From Promethearchaeota archaeon (GTDB lineage: Archaea; Asgardarchaeota; Lokiarchaeia; Sigyniarchaeales; SOKP01): a DNA stretch of 23,824 nucleotides. The stretch lies in assembly GCA_048939015.1 (NCBI GenBank), contig JBHLPW010000012.1, forward strand, positions 1 to 23,824, read 5' to 3'. The notes below the pieces were generated by a model. That model saw nothing but the letters and a program-made list of their open reading frames with translations. It was not told the origin of the DNA and made no database searches. Shown piece by piece: positions 9,408-18,824 of the stretch (positions are counted from its first letter, which is position 1; every line of letters starts with the position of its first letter). A program made the position numbers and the translations under genes.

Positions 9408-10430
9408 ATGTTAAGACAAGTATACATTTTAAAAGATGAGAGGATCCTCTATAATAAAAATTTCGGCAAAGCATTGGCTATGGAAGATTTCAATAAGATT
9501 TATGCAGAAATTACTAGTGGAATTGGAATTGAACTAGATAGTTATGATTTTATTAAATATAGAATTCTTTTCACAATTGATGATAAAACTGGTTTAACTT
9601 CCATCTTCGTTATTGATATTAATGATGATCTTTCGCAAGCTAAAACACAATTAAAAACATTACAAAAAGAATTCATTGAAACATTTGGTGACAGTATCAA
9701 CGATATAGACCCTTCCTTGATGGAATTAATTGACCCTATATTGGATTCCATCCATAGGAATCTTAAAACAAAGATCTCTCTAGTAGGATTTTCAGGAGTA
9801 GGAAAAACTACAACTACTAAATTAATATGTGCGACTGAGATTCCATCAGTTCACATTCCTACAATAACAGGTAAAATTTCTACAGTTAAAATAGGAAAAT
9901 TATATTTTCACTTATGGGATTTTGCAGGACAGGAACAATTTAGTTACCTCTGGAACGACTTTATACTTGGGAGTGATGCAGTTCTTATCATTACAGACTC
10001 TACTTTAGAAAACGTGGAAAAGAGTAAGTTTTTTATAGAAATAATCAAAGAACACGCCCCTTATGCTCATACTGCTGTGATAGGTAACAAACAAGATTTA
10101 CCAAATGCTTTAGATATCGCAAAAATAGAAGAGATTATTGGCCTTAAAACATATTCAATGGTCGCAATTGATCCTGATAATCGAGACAAAATGATACAAA
10201 TTATAGCTGATATCCTAGGAGTTAGTACAGATGCATCTCCTTTATTAAAACCCTTATTTGAAAGAGATCAACTAATCCAACAAGCAAAGAGTTGCTTAGA
10301 AAATGGAGAAATTGCCCAAACGGCTCAGCTTTTTGAAAAAATATCTGAATTATGCCTTGAATTAGGAGATGATACACTTTATAAGGAATTTTATGAAAAA
10401 GCAAAGAAGTTGAAGAGTTATTTTAACTAA
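9408..10430 (+). CDS. Small GTPase (Arf/Rab-related) with N-terminal longin-like domain and C-terminal helical extension
   Basis: G1 GFSGVGKT, G2 PTI, G3 WDFAGQ, G4 NKQD. The first ~105 aa (MLRQVYILKDERILYNKNF...LTSIFVIDINDD...LKTLQKEFIETF) fit the AP-sigma/SRX-type longin pattern. The C-terminal QQAKSCLENGEIAQTAQLFEKISELCLELGD is TPR/MIT-like. ATG 9408 is preferred over TTG 9363. Confidence 0.88.
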   Translation: MLRQVYILKDERILYNKNFGKALAMEDFNKIYAEITSGIGIELDSYDFIKYRILFTIDDKTGLTSIFVIDINDDLSQAKTQLKTLQKEFIETFGDSINDIDPSLMELIDPILDSIHRNLKTKISLVGFSGVGKTTTTKLICATEIPSVHIPTITGKISTVKIGKLYFHLWDFAGQEQFSYLWNDFILGSDAVLIITDSTLENVEKSKFFIEIIKEHAPYAHTAVIGNKQDLPNALDIAKIEEIIGLKTYSMVAIDPDNRDKMIQIIADILGVSTDASPLLKPLFERDQLIQQAKSCLENGEIAQTAQLFEKISELCLELGDDTLYKEFYEKAKKLKSYFN

Positions 10431-10507
10431 TTCATCAATTCTTTAAGTTGTTTCACTTTTTTATAAGAAACAATAAAAATAAGCAATAAATAAAAAAAAA
10501 TAAGATT

Positions 10508-11620
10508 TTAATCTTCTTCTATAATTTCAGTTTTTGCTTTTGTAGTTCTATAATTATCATCTAGGACATTTAAATATTCAATCAAGACTGCATTTGACTT
10601 TGATTTAACATTATATTGATGAATAATAGTATTTACTATATATTTGGGATACATTAATGAATTATGGAAATCAGAAAGTAATGCATAGTACTCATTTCCT
10701 TTATTATCTTGAAATACATGAATCATTTGATTATCCCAAAGCTTTTTTAATCCACCATCTATATCATCTACTCCCTTTTTTCTAAGTTTCTCTAAGACAT
10801 TTTTTGTAACAACTGAAATTCTAAGAAGTTTTAAAATTTCATAGACTTGTGGATCAACGATAACCTCGTCTAAAATTTTCAGATTATCCTCATCCGAAGG
10901 GCGATATTTATCAAAAAATTTCTTAACTATAACATTATACTCTTCAGTAAATTTTTCAGGAAGTCCACGTTCTGCTGGATTTCTTAGTAAATTAGTAGGA
11001 GGGATTCTTAACATTAAAAGATCATTTATAAGAAAGATTAACTCAGAAGGCATTCCTTTTACTGATGTTTCTTTAACTATTTCCTTTTTAATTAATTCCA
11101 TTAAAATGGCATCCACATCAAAAAACCCTTCTCTATATTGATCTTTTAACCAGATCTTTAATTCGGATTTAGTAAGAACACCTTCTTCTCTAAGTCGATT
11201 TATTATTAATCGATTTACTCCATCCATGTAAGTTATAGCTAGACTTTGTTCTTCATTAAGAGTAGGATATGTTGATAATCGTTGGAATAAAGAAGGAATC
11301 ATATCTAAATACGCATTGTCTTCAAAATTTTGAAAAATAACACGGGAGATGTCTGATAATCCACCTTCATATGCATCAGCATCTTCATCCAAGTTTAAGA
11401 GTAGGATGATATACAGCGGTTTTTCTCGACCTGTGTAATATGAGGCGATATTTAATGGACCAACTAATAAGCTTATCATCCCTGGTTCTCCAGTATACTC
11501 ATGTGCAGCATAAATTTGCATTAACGTCTCATCACCAATAATCAATTCTTCTGGATATTTCGCAAGAATTTCTGTGCTTACTTTAATATCCCATCTCATT
11601 ATAACTAAACCAATTGGCAT
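10508..11620 (-). CDS. Longin/uDENN-like + tandem winged-helix protein, paralog B
   Basis: Full-length paralog of 2104..3219 (shared TEILAKYPEE, LNIASYYTG, YEGGL, VKETSVKGMPSELIFLI, LEKLRKKGVDD, NEYYALLSDF). ATG overlaps the upstream stop (TAATG). Confidence 0.72.
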   Translation of the reverse strand: MPIGLVIMRWDIKVSTEILAKYPEELIIGDETLMQIYAAHEYTGEPGMISLLVGPLNIASYYTGREKPLYIILLLNLDEDADAYEGGLSDISRVIFQNFEDNAYLDMIPSLFQRLSTYPTLNEEQSLAITYMDGVNRLIINRLREEGVLTKSELKIWLKDQYREGFFDVDAILMELIKKEIVKETSVKGMPSELIFLINDLLMLRIPPTNLLRNPAERGLPEKFTEEYNVIVKKFFDKYRPSDEDNLKILDEVIVDPQVYEILKLLRISVVTKNVLEKLRKKGVDDIDGGLKKLWDNQMIHVFQDNKGNEYYALLSDFHNSLMYPKYIVNTIIHQYNVKSKSNAVLIEYLNVLDDNYRTTKAKTEIIEED

Positions 11621-14600
11621 TAGTTTTCCTCACCTCCTTCTTTTGATAATTCTTTATCTGAATCCTTTTCTTCTACTACGGTTTCTTCTGATACTTTTTC
11701 TACAAGTTCTTTTTCTTCTGGTGGTTTCTCAATCTTTGTTTCTTCTTTCTTCAGTTTTTTCTTAAATTCTTTCTCTTTCTTTACTTTATCTTTTATTATT
11801 TTATCAATAGATATTTCATCTTTTGATACTTTATCTTTAGTTTGAAGCTTTTTAGGTTTTACGTCTTTTACGCCTATGACATCACCGAGTGAAAGTCCAA
11901 TTTCTTTCCATTCTTTTCCAAATATTTTAACTGTCATTTGTTCTTTTGTCGGAATGACTATCATTTCCTCTATTTTTTTCTCAGCTTTTATTAATTTTTT
12001 AACTTTTCTTATTTTTTTAACGTGTTTTGGTATTCTAGCTTGTTGGACAACTCTATATCCTACTACACTTCCTAAAATTCCAATTATTGACCCAGTTATC
12101 AAAATAAAGTAGAATGTTGGCATACCAGGAAATATTTCTTCCATAGAAACTACAACTGTGAATTCATGAGTTTCAGAAGTAAAATTCGCTTTTTGAATGG
12201 TGAGTGTGGCTATAAAAGTTTCAGACATAATAAATGGTTGAGCTACAGGCCATGTATTAATTGTGTAAGTACCATCGCCATTATCAATAATGCCTCCAGT
12301 AATAGTATCGTAATTGATACCTCTTAAGATTAAAGATAATGTAGCTCCAACTATTGGAGCGGATTCATTATTAGGATCAATGAGTGTAATAACAAATTGT
12401 ACATTTCCTCCAGAAACTAAATAGATTAAGTTATCAATAGAAAAATTAGGAGAGAAAACTCTTTCATCAATAGTTAGAGACATTATTGCAACTCGTATTT
12501 CATGATTTTCCTTTCTTAACGTAACAACAATAGAATACTCGCCTACTCGAAGTTCTTCTGTGTTAACATCCAATATATATTGATGCCCAGTTGTTTCAAT
12601 CAATGATCCAATAATGGTACTACCAAGGATTGGATTTCCATTCTCATCACGTTTGTGTAGAATAAAACTCTTTTCATCAGTATTTTTTATAGTCTTCGAT
12701 GTTAAAACATCAATAAACTCAAATGTATAGTTAATTGGATCTAATACATGAAATCTATCACGTATATATAAAACATCATCATTTAAATTCAGTATTGTAG
12801 GTCTGTTAATCACATTAATTAGCAGATTAGGATTTGGTACTCCATTACTGAAATTTTGTTTTGTTGCTAAAATACTGATTATATATGTACCTGTTTCAGT
12901 CACATCACCAGTATCAAAGAAAAATGAATAGTATCCCGGACCTTTTGCTAGATCTGGATCTATTGTACCCGTTCCAAAAACCCATGAATACATGACGAAT
13001 GCATTAGATATCGGAGCATTAGAAATTAACTCTTCAAAATAAATTGTTATTCCAAAAGTTCGATTCCAATATTCTGTAAGTGTGTACGATGAAAATTCTA
13101 TACCTGTTGTGTAATTATGAATAGTCAAGGTAGTTTCTACGGACTGAACTTTAAAGAAAATTAGAAGTGGGTTTGGAGGAGTATAACCAGTTTTACTAGC
13201 TTGAATCCTCATATAATATGATTCACCACCTATGAATAAAAATCGAGATGTGTTGAACGTAAAGCTATAGGTTCCTTTAGTTGTATTATAGTCAATCAGA
13301 TTAATCGAAGATCCTAATGCATCTAAAGATTCATCAAGAAACTGGAGAGTTAACGTAGTAGGATGTGCTAATTCCACTGGTTCGCTTGGATCTTTTGATG
13401 TAAAAGTAAAGTTAATTGACACCTCATCTCTCCAAAAGATTTCTGTTGTAAAGTTTGCGGGATTTTTAGAAACTAGCGTTAGATTAGTACGATAATTCGT
13501 AATAAGATAACTAACAACAAGAATACTTACAACAACTTGAGAAGTATAGTTCTCCTTATCAAAGGAAGCTGTGATTGTATAGTTTCCCTCAAGTAGACTT
13601 GCAGTATCGAAGCTAATAAGATAATATACTTTCTTGGTGGAATCGTATCCAAGAGCACCATTAGTGTTAATTGTGCCATTAATAGTATAAGTTTTTGTAT
13701 CTAAATCAGTAATAGATGCTCCAGTCAAATCATCATTATAAGAATATGTGAAATTCAGTGAGTCTCCCATATTGATGGAAAAAGCACCAATAGATCCATT
13801 CACAGATGTTGGACGATCCAAAATTGATAAAGAAATTACGGCAGTTCTTAACTCATAATTTATTTTATTTAAAGTTATAAATACAAAATAATCTCCAAGT
13901 TTCATTAACTCTGTATCAAGGTCTAAAATGTATCTATGGTCAGCTGTTTCAATCAACGAGCCAATTTTATTTTCCCCAGGTATTGGATCTCCAAACTCAT
14001 CAAGTTTCTGCCAATTATAACTAGCTTCATCTATATCCGAAATTTTCGTTAAGCTTAAAACATCTGTGTAATTGAATTCAATGAATTCTGATTCAAGGGC
14101 ATATACATTTTTAGTTAGAAAAAATACATTATTGGTACCATTAATAAGAGTCGGCCTTTCTGTAATTCTGATAGATGTTAAAAGAATCTGTGTAGTATAA
14201 TTTTCTAAAGATGCCCTAATTAAAATTGTCCTCGTCCCCCATACTTCTGCTAAAGATGTATCTATAGTGGCAGTATAATAACCTATATTAATTGGATCTT
14301 CATAGAATTGAATAGGGGAGAGGCTAAGCCATTCATATGTAAGTGTTGCTCCTTTTAAAGGAGAATTGCTATTATTATAATATTTTACTGTAAGATTAAC
14401 AAGTTCACCATAGTGTTGTGAAAGTTCAGTAATGGGATTTAAACTATCGTAATAATCATGTAATGATAGAACTGTCCCTTTTCCCTCCACAAAAAGTGTT
14501 GTAACAAGCTCACTTTGAAGGATATAAGGAGTTTTAGCACCTATAATTATAAGTCTATAAAAAATACCAGCTATTCCAGCAGATAGTATGGAAGAATTAA

Positions 14601-17484
14601 ATACTTTTCCATAATATCCTGGAGAGCCTGCATTATCCATATCAAAAGTAAATAGTACATTGGTACCCTGTTTAATTATTAGTTGTATCGAATCCGGAGT
14701 CTCTACCGGACTATAGTCTACCCAATCATTTTCAGTTTTATTGAAGTAAATTTGAACCGAAACATTATTTCCCCATACTACACTCTCTGGAGATGTTAGT
14801 TCATCAAATTTTAGTTTGTAGTCACTTTGATTTACCGTCCCCATATCGATATCAAATTCAAGTGAAAAATCATACTTCAATAAAGAATAATTATACCATG
14901 AAACCCAAGTTTTTGGTGCCCATTGATCTGGATCGGGTCCAGAAACATTAAAAGTATCTCGAATAGTAGCACCTTCCCATCTAACAGTAAAATTATATAA
15001 ATAACCTTTCAAGAACATAAATGGTAAATCATTATCAGTGAAAGCATAACTGTCTCTATTTTTATCAGATATTAACGTAGTTGTAACAATACTACCAAAT
15101 ATAGGTAAAACAGATTTTATAGTAACTATCGCATCTGAGATGGTAGCTCCATCACCAAGAACTCTTATATTTAGTTTTGATATTCCTGTTTTATTAAATA
15201 GATGCCATGATTCAGTCATGTTTATTTCTATTTCTCCAGTACACTTAGATGAATTTACGCCCCATACATCGATGAGCAAACCATATGCCATGCGATTTTC
15301 ACTACTCAACTTAGAATTTACAACAGTCATAAGATCAATCTTAATATTATCATCTGTCTCTGCAACATAGCTATCATCAAAGAAAATACGATGACTTATT
15401 GTATCTGTGTTATCAGAAGAATCTATGTAATAAATTGAAACATTATTGAGAAATCCATTATTTTGTATTGATATAGATACATTTAATAATCTTGTATCTG
15501 ATATCTGTGTGGTCGAACCATTTGTATAAATTCGCTCTTTAACGTTAAATTGACCGGAACCTATTGGTTGTTTATTATTTTGATTAATATCAAGAGTATT
15601 AAATTGATGTTTATTACCATCAGGGTATTTTTCATATTCGTCTCTCCATATGTAGCCAGCATTTAACGGGGTTGAATTTGGAGAATAATCCGTATTATTG
15701 TAATAGACTTGGTAATAATAATATGAACGATTTAACCACCGAAATGTTGCTTTTCCATCAGTATTAAGTGCTAGAATATCTAATGCTGGATCTCCTTGAC
15801 TATAACTAACATTGATAAATCCATAAGTTAAAGGATAGCCTCCATCATCAACAAATTCAAAATCAATGGTGGATATGTTTAAAGTCAACTCATACACCTT
15901 GCCTGATCCATCAATCAGAAATTCTGTCGAAATAATTCTACTATCATATACAACTTCCTCTAATCCAGAATATGCTATTGTATAATTTACTGTCACATTA
16001 TAGTTTCCATAAGCCACATTGGAAAACCTAACAGAACCATCTTCTTCAGAAGTCTCATATGGACCTATTGTTGTCGGAGTTCCATACTCCTCCATTATCG
16101 TTACTTCTGCGTTCGGTACAATTCTTCCATCAACATCTTTTGTTATAAATGTAGCTTCCCCAGCAACCTCTTGTACATCATCATTCAAGGCAGTATTTAT
16201 TTCATAATTAAATTTAACATCATCTACTTGCGTAAATGCGGCATGCTTCTCACTTTCTTTACCATAAGTTCCAATTACTAGAAATAATAGTTTTCCCATA
16301 TCACCTGCATCTAAATCAATTGATATTTTACCAGTTATTTCTCCATCATTTTCAAAAGGTTCACTTGCATCATTTCTTGTATCATACAAATTTGATCCTA
16401 AAATTTCATCAATAACATAAGTTTCAGCAGGAGTTTTAACACTTCGATAATTTTCTTCTAAAATATACTCACTATGGTAATTTACATTTGAAGTGTAATT
16501 TTCGCATAACCTCATGTAATATCCCAATAGATGAGCATCATTTATAGTATAACATCTAAAGTTTCGATACACTTCTAATTCAAGATCAACTCCAATTCCC
16601 TCAACTGTTGGAACTATAAAAGGATATGTATAAAGTGTTCCTTCAAAATCGTTACCATCTTCTGGATCATTCTCGGTTCTTAAAAATTGCCCCGTATCTC
16701 CCCATTTAAAGGACCAATTACCAAAAACTCTCTCTTGGTAATCATTCGAATCAGTAAGTTTATGTACATAATTCGCACTATTTTCAAGCTCTCCACTCCC
16801 ATCATCTAATGAGGTGGGTGCTGCATTAGTATAATTCCATCCATATACATTCCAAATTTTATCCCCTGATACATAATCAAGTTCAAAATCCCCATTTCTA
16901 ACCCAACCCATTGCATCTTTTTTATTATTTGATGCAATATCCATATAATAGTCAGGATCAACGGATTCATGACCACTTCCATTAAAATACAAAAAGACAT
17001 TATCTGTGTCAATGTTATTTGGTGATTTACCAATATCTACGTCGAACCAAACAGTTACAAGATCGATATTTGGATAATCTTTTTTATAATAATATTTTCT
17101 AAGGACGCCATCTTGAACAATTCTAATATCTGATAAGTCCCCATTCATTTTATAGGGTGCTCCGCCCACTGTATGTACAGTATAATTGAATACTACTGAG
17201 GTTGTATAATTTGTAAAATCAAAATTAACATTTGGATTAGTAATATTTATTAGTCTTCTATATCTCCAAGATCCATCCCACCAAGGAGCACTACTTATTT
17301 TGCTGATGTGAAGGCTTTTAAAATTATCAATTTCCTCACTATTCTCGTTGAAATTTAGCTTTAAATTATTAGTATTCATTGGAAAAATAATGAATATACT
17401 TGGAAGCATAATTATCAAAATGAAAATTAAGGTTTTCGTTAATGTTTTTATTCTTCGATCTCCTGTCATTTTTTCGAACCTCAT
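11620..17484 (-). CDS. Giant single-pass cell-surface glycoprotein, paralog B (DUF2341-like, NGDFE jelly-roll/CBM-like, Ig-like repeats, TM, cytoplasmic tail)
   Basis: Signal/anchor LIFILIIMLPSIFIIF; PWWDGSWRYRRLINITN...LSDIRIV; WVRNGDFE...QVDDVKF domain; stalk repeats homologous to paralog A; EEIFPGMPTFYFILI + TM; K/E-rich tail. Confidence 0.85.
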   Translation of the reverse strand: MRFEKMTGDRRIKTLTKTLIFILIIMLPSIFIIFPMNTNNLKLNFNENSEEIDNFKSLHISKISSAPWWDGSWRYRRLINITNPNVNFDFTNYTTSVVFNYTVHTVGGAPYKMNGDLSDIRIVQDGVLRKYYYKKDYPNIDLVTVWFDVDIGKSPNNIDTDNVFLYFNGSGHESVDPDYYMDIASNNKKDAMGWVRNGDFELDYVSGDKIWNVYGWNYTNAAPTSLDDGSGELENSANYVHKLTDSNDYQERVFGNWSFKWGDTGQFLRTENDPEDGNDFEGTLYTYPFIVPTVEGIGVDLELEVYRNFRCYTINDAHLLGYYMRLCENYTSNVNYHSEYILEENYRSVKTPAETYVIDEILGSNLYDTRNDASEPFENDGEITGKISIDLDAGDMGKLLFLVIGTYGKESEKHAAFTQVDDVKFNYEINTALNDDVQEVAGEATFITKDVDGRIVPNAEVTIMEEYGTPTTIGPYETSEEDGSVRFSNVAYGNYNVTVNYTIAYSGLEEVVYDSRIISTEFLIDGSGKVYELTLNISTIDFEFVDDGGYPLTYGFINVSYSQGDPALDILALNTDGKATFRWLNRSYYYYQVYYNNTDYSPNSTPLNAGYIWRDEYEKYPDGNKHQFNTLDINQNNKQPIGSGQFNVKERIYTNGSTTQISDTRLLNVSISIQNNGFLNNVSIYYIDSSDNTDTISHRIFFDDSYVAETDDNIKIDLMTVVNSKLSSENRMAYGLLIDVWGVNSSKCTGEIEINMTESWHLFNKTGISKLNIRVLGDGATISDAIVTIKSVLPIFGSIVTTTLISDKNRDSYAFTDNDLPFMFLKGYLYNFTVRWEGATIRDTFNVSGPDPDQWAPKTWVSWYNYSLLKYDFSLEFDIDMGTVNQSDYKLKFDELTSPESVVWGNNVSVQIYFNKTENDWVDYSPVETPDSIQLIIKQGTNVLFTFDMDNAGSPGYYGKVFNSSILSAGIAGIFYRLIIIGAKTPYILQSELVTTLFVEGKGTVLSLHDYYDSLNPITELSQHYGELVNLTVKYYNNSNSPLKGATLTYEWLSLSPIQFYEDPINIGYYTATIDTSLAEVWGTRTILIRASLENYTTQILLTSIRITERPTLINGTNNVFFLTKNVYALESEFIEFNYTDVLSLTKISDIDEASYNWQKLDEFGDPIPGENKIGSLIETADHRYILDLDTELMKLGDYFVFITLNKINYELRTAVISLSILDRPTSVNGSIGAFSINMGDSLNFTYSYNDDLTGASITDLDTKTYTINGTINTNGALGYDSTKKVYYLISFDTASLLEGNYTITASFDKENYTSQVVVSILVVSYLITNYRTNLTLVSKNPANFTTEIFWRDEVSINFTFTSKDPSEPVELAHPTTLTLQFLDESLDALGSSINLIDYNTTKGTYSFTFNTSRFLFIGGESYYMRIQASKTGYTPPNPLLIFFKVQSVETTLTIHNYTTGIEFSSYTLTEYWNRTFGITIYFEELISNAPISNAFVMYSWVFGTGTIDPDLAKGPGYYSFFFDTGDVTETGTYIISILATKQNFSNGVPNPNLLINVINRPTILNLNDDVLYIRDRFHVLDPINYTFEFIDVLTSKTIKNTDEKSFILHKRDENGNPILGSTIIGSLIETTGHQYILDVNTEELRVGEYSIVVTLRKENHEIRVAIMSLTIDERVFSPNFSIDNLIYLVSGGNVQFVITLIDPNNESAPIVGATLSLILRGINYDTITGGIIDNGDGTYTINTWPVAQPFIMSETFIATLTIQKANFTSETHEFTVVVSMEEIFPGMPTFYFILITGSIIGILGSVVGYRVVQQARIPKHVKKIRKVKKLIKAEKKIEEMIVIPTKEQMTVKIFGKEWKEIGLSLGDVIGVKDVKPKKLQTKDKVSKDEISIDKIIKDKVKKEKEFKKKLKKEETKIEKPPEEKELVEKVSEETVVEEKDSDKELSKEGGEEN
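11629..11637 (-). promoter_or_regulatory. SD motif GGAGGTGAG in the last codons of surface protein B
   Basis: - strand GGAGGTGAGGAAAACTAATG: SD followed by an overlapping TAATG stop/start. Confidence 0.8.
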
Positions 17485-17634
17485 TTTAGAAATATATCAA
17501 TTTTTTACTTTTTATTCTAAAAATATATTTAAAACAATTATATGAGAAAATTAATTTAATATTATGCTTATCAATAAATCTTAAAAAGAAAGTTAAGTAA
17601 GGATCATTCCAATTCAAATAATTTATCTTTCGAA

Positions 17635-18270
17635 TTATAACTCTTTATTTAAAATAAGATATATTTTTCGCTTTCTTTGGCTATTTGGGTTGTCTATAAT
17701 AAAATGACCATAAAATGCTGTGCTTTTTTTGATAACTTTACCGATATTTTCTAAAATTTTCTCGTTTTTAGGATAAAATTGAATTACTACTCTAGAATTA
17801 GGTTTTAGTATATTAAAAAAAGACTTAGACATATTTTTTAACATTAAATACATTTCTTTATTATAAATGTCTCTATATATCCACTGTAAAGCTGAAATTG
17901 AAAGGATTGCATCAAATGTGTTTGCTTTAAAAGGAGGAAAACACATATCCGCCGTAATTGGGTTTAAATCCTTTATATCATAAAAATTTAAGAATTCTGT
18001 TATAATATCGAGTGCTATAGTCCTATATCCCATCTCCTTTAAAACCATTGCGGCAAATCCTGGACCACTTCCAGCATCTAATATCAAAGCATCTTTTCTT
18101 TGAAGATCTAATAGTTCTAAAGCTCTAATAGTTATCTTTTCTTGAATTTTCATCATATTCTTAGAGTTTGCATATTGAACTAAAACATCGTCTCTAAAAT
18201 AATTTGAAACATCATTATATGTTTCTTCGGGTCTCTTCCTTTTAACTTTGAAATAATACTTGTCGTTCAA
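17635..18270 (-). CDS. Class I SAM methyltransferase, BUD23/WBSCR22-like (SSU rRNA m7G methyltransferase family)
   Basis: SAM motif ILDAGSGPG plus Bud23-family signatures RPEE, IQEKITIRALELLDL, PFKANTFDAILSISALQW, QFYPKN and IIDNPNSQRKRKIYLIL, as recalled from yeast Bud23 (RPEE, RALELLNL, FDAAISISAIQW, QFYPKN, KKYYLVL). TTG start. Confidence 0.85.
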   Translation of the reverse strand: MNDKYYFKVKRKRPEETYNDVSNYFRDDVLVQYANSKNMMKIQEKITIRALELLDLQRKDALILDAGSGPGFAAMVLKEMGYRTIALDIITEFLNFYDIKDLNPITADMCFPPFKANTFDAILSISALQWIYRDIYNKEMYLMLKNMSKSFFNILKPNSRVVIQFYPKNEKILENIGKVIKKSTAFYGHFIIDNPNSQRKRKIYLILNKEL

Positions 18271-18425
18271 ATCCCATTAAACTTAAATGTGTTAATCAGA
18301 TAATCGATATTGAAAAAATAAATCAAATTTTCGATAATAAAACAAAAATTTTATTAAATTTTAAATATTTATAAATTCAAATAGATAATATTTTCTATAT
18401 TCCTATAAGTGTCTTGTGATTTACA

Positions 18426-18722
18426 GTGTCGGAAAAAGAAGAAAAACAAATAATAAGAAAAGCTACATTAAATCTTAGAAGAAAATACGGAAGAACCAAA
18501 CAAATAAACATTGTTGAGAGAGATGCTTTTATTCCAAAAAGTCTAGAGAACGAAATAAAAGATTCAATTCTAAAAAGAAAAACAATTTTAGCTACTGATA
18601 TCGCATTAAAATATGATATTAGAGTATCAACGATTAAGTTATTGTTAAAACAATATGAAGAAGAAGGTTTAATAAAATTATTAGACCCCTCATTAAAATT
18701 AAAAATTTATGTTCCTTCTTAG
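18426..18722 (+). CDS. rps25e: 30S ribosomal protein eS25 (S25e)
   Basis: 98-aa basic protein with eS25-type winged helix (TILATDIALKYDIRVSTIKLLLKQYEEEGLIKLL...KIYVP). GTG start lies 6 nt after GTGA. Confidence 0.8.
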   Translation: MSEKEEKQIIRKATLNLRRKYGRTKQINIVERDAFIPKSLENEIKDSILKRKTILATDIALKYDIRVSTIKLLLKQYEEEGLIKLLDPSLKLKIYVPS

Positions 18723-18824
18723 AATTAAGTTTCCCTAATTTTAAATGAGAAATAATTTTATATATTAAAGCTTTTAAATGTATAAATACAAATTTACTCA
18801 TTACCATTTAATATAATACATAAA

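Noticed and set aside
3219-17484. Diversity-generating retroelement or mobile element behind the duplication
   Set aside because: No reverse transcriptase, transposase or integrase, no adenine-specific TR/VR pair, and no att-like duplicate of the tRNA 3' end seen.
7658-17545. Short ORFs nested in or antisense to the giant genes, the GTPase and longin-WH B (7658, 7719, 8366, 9542, 10222, 11574, 11876, 15140, 16019, 16806, 17348)
   Set aside because: Alternate-frame or antisense by-products of long coding sequences; apparent hydrophobicity comes from reverse-complemented K/E codons.
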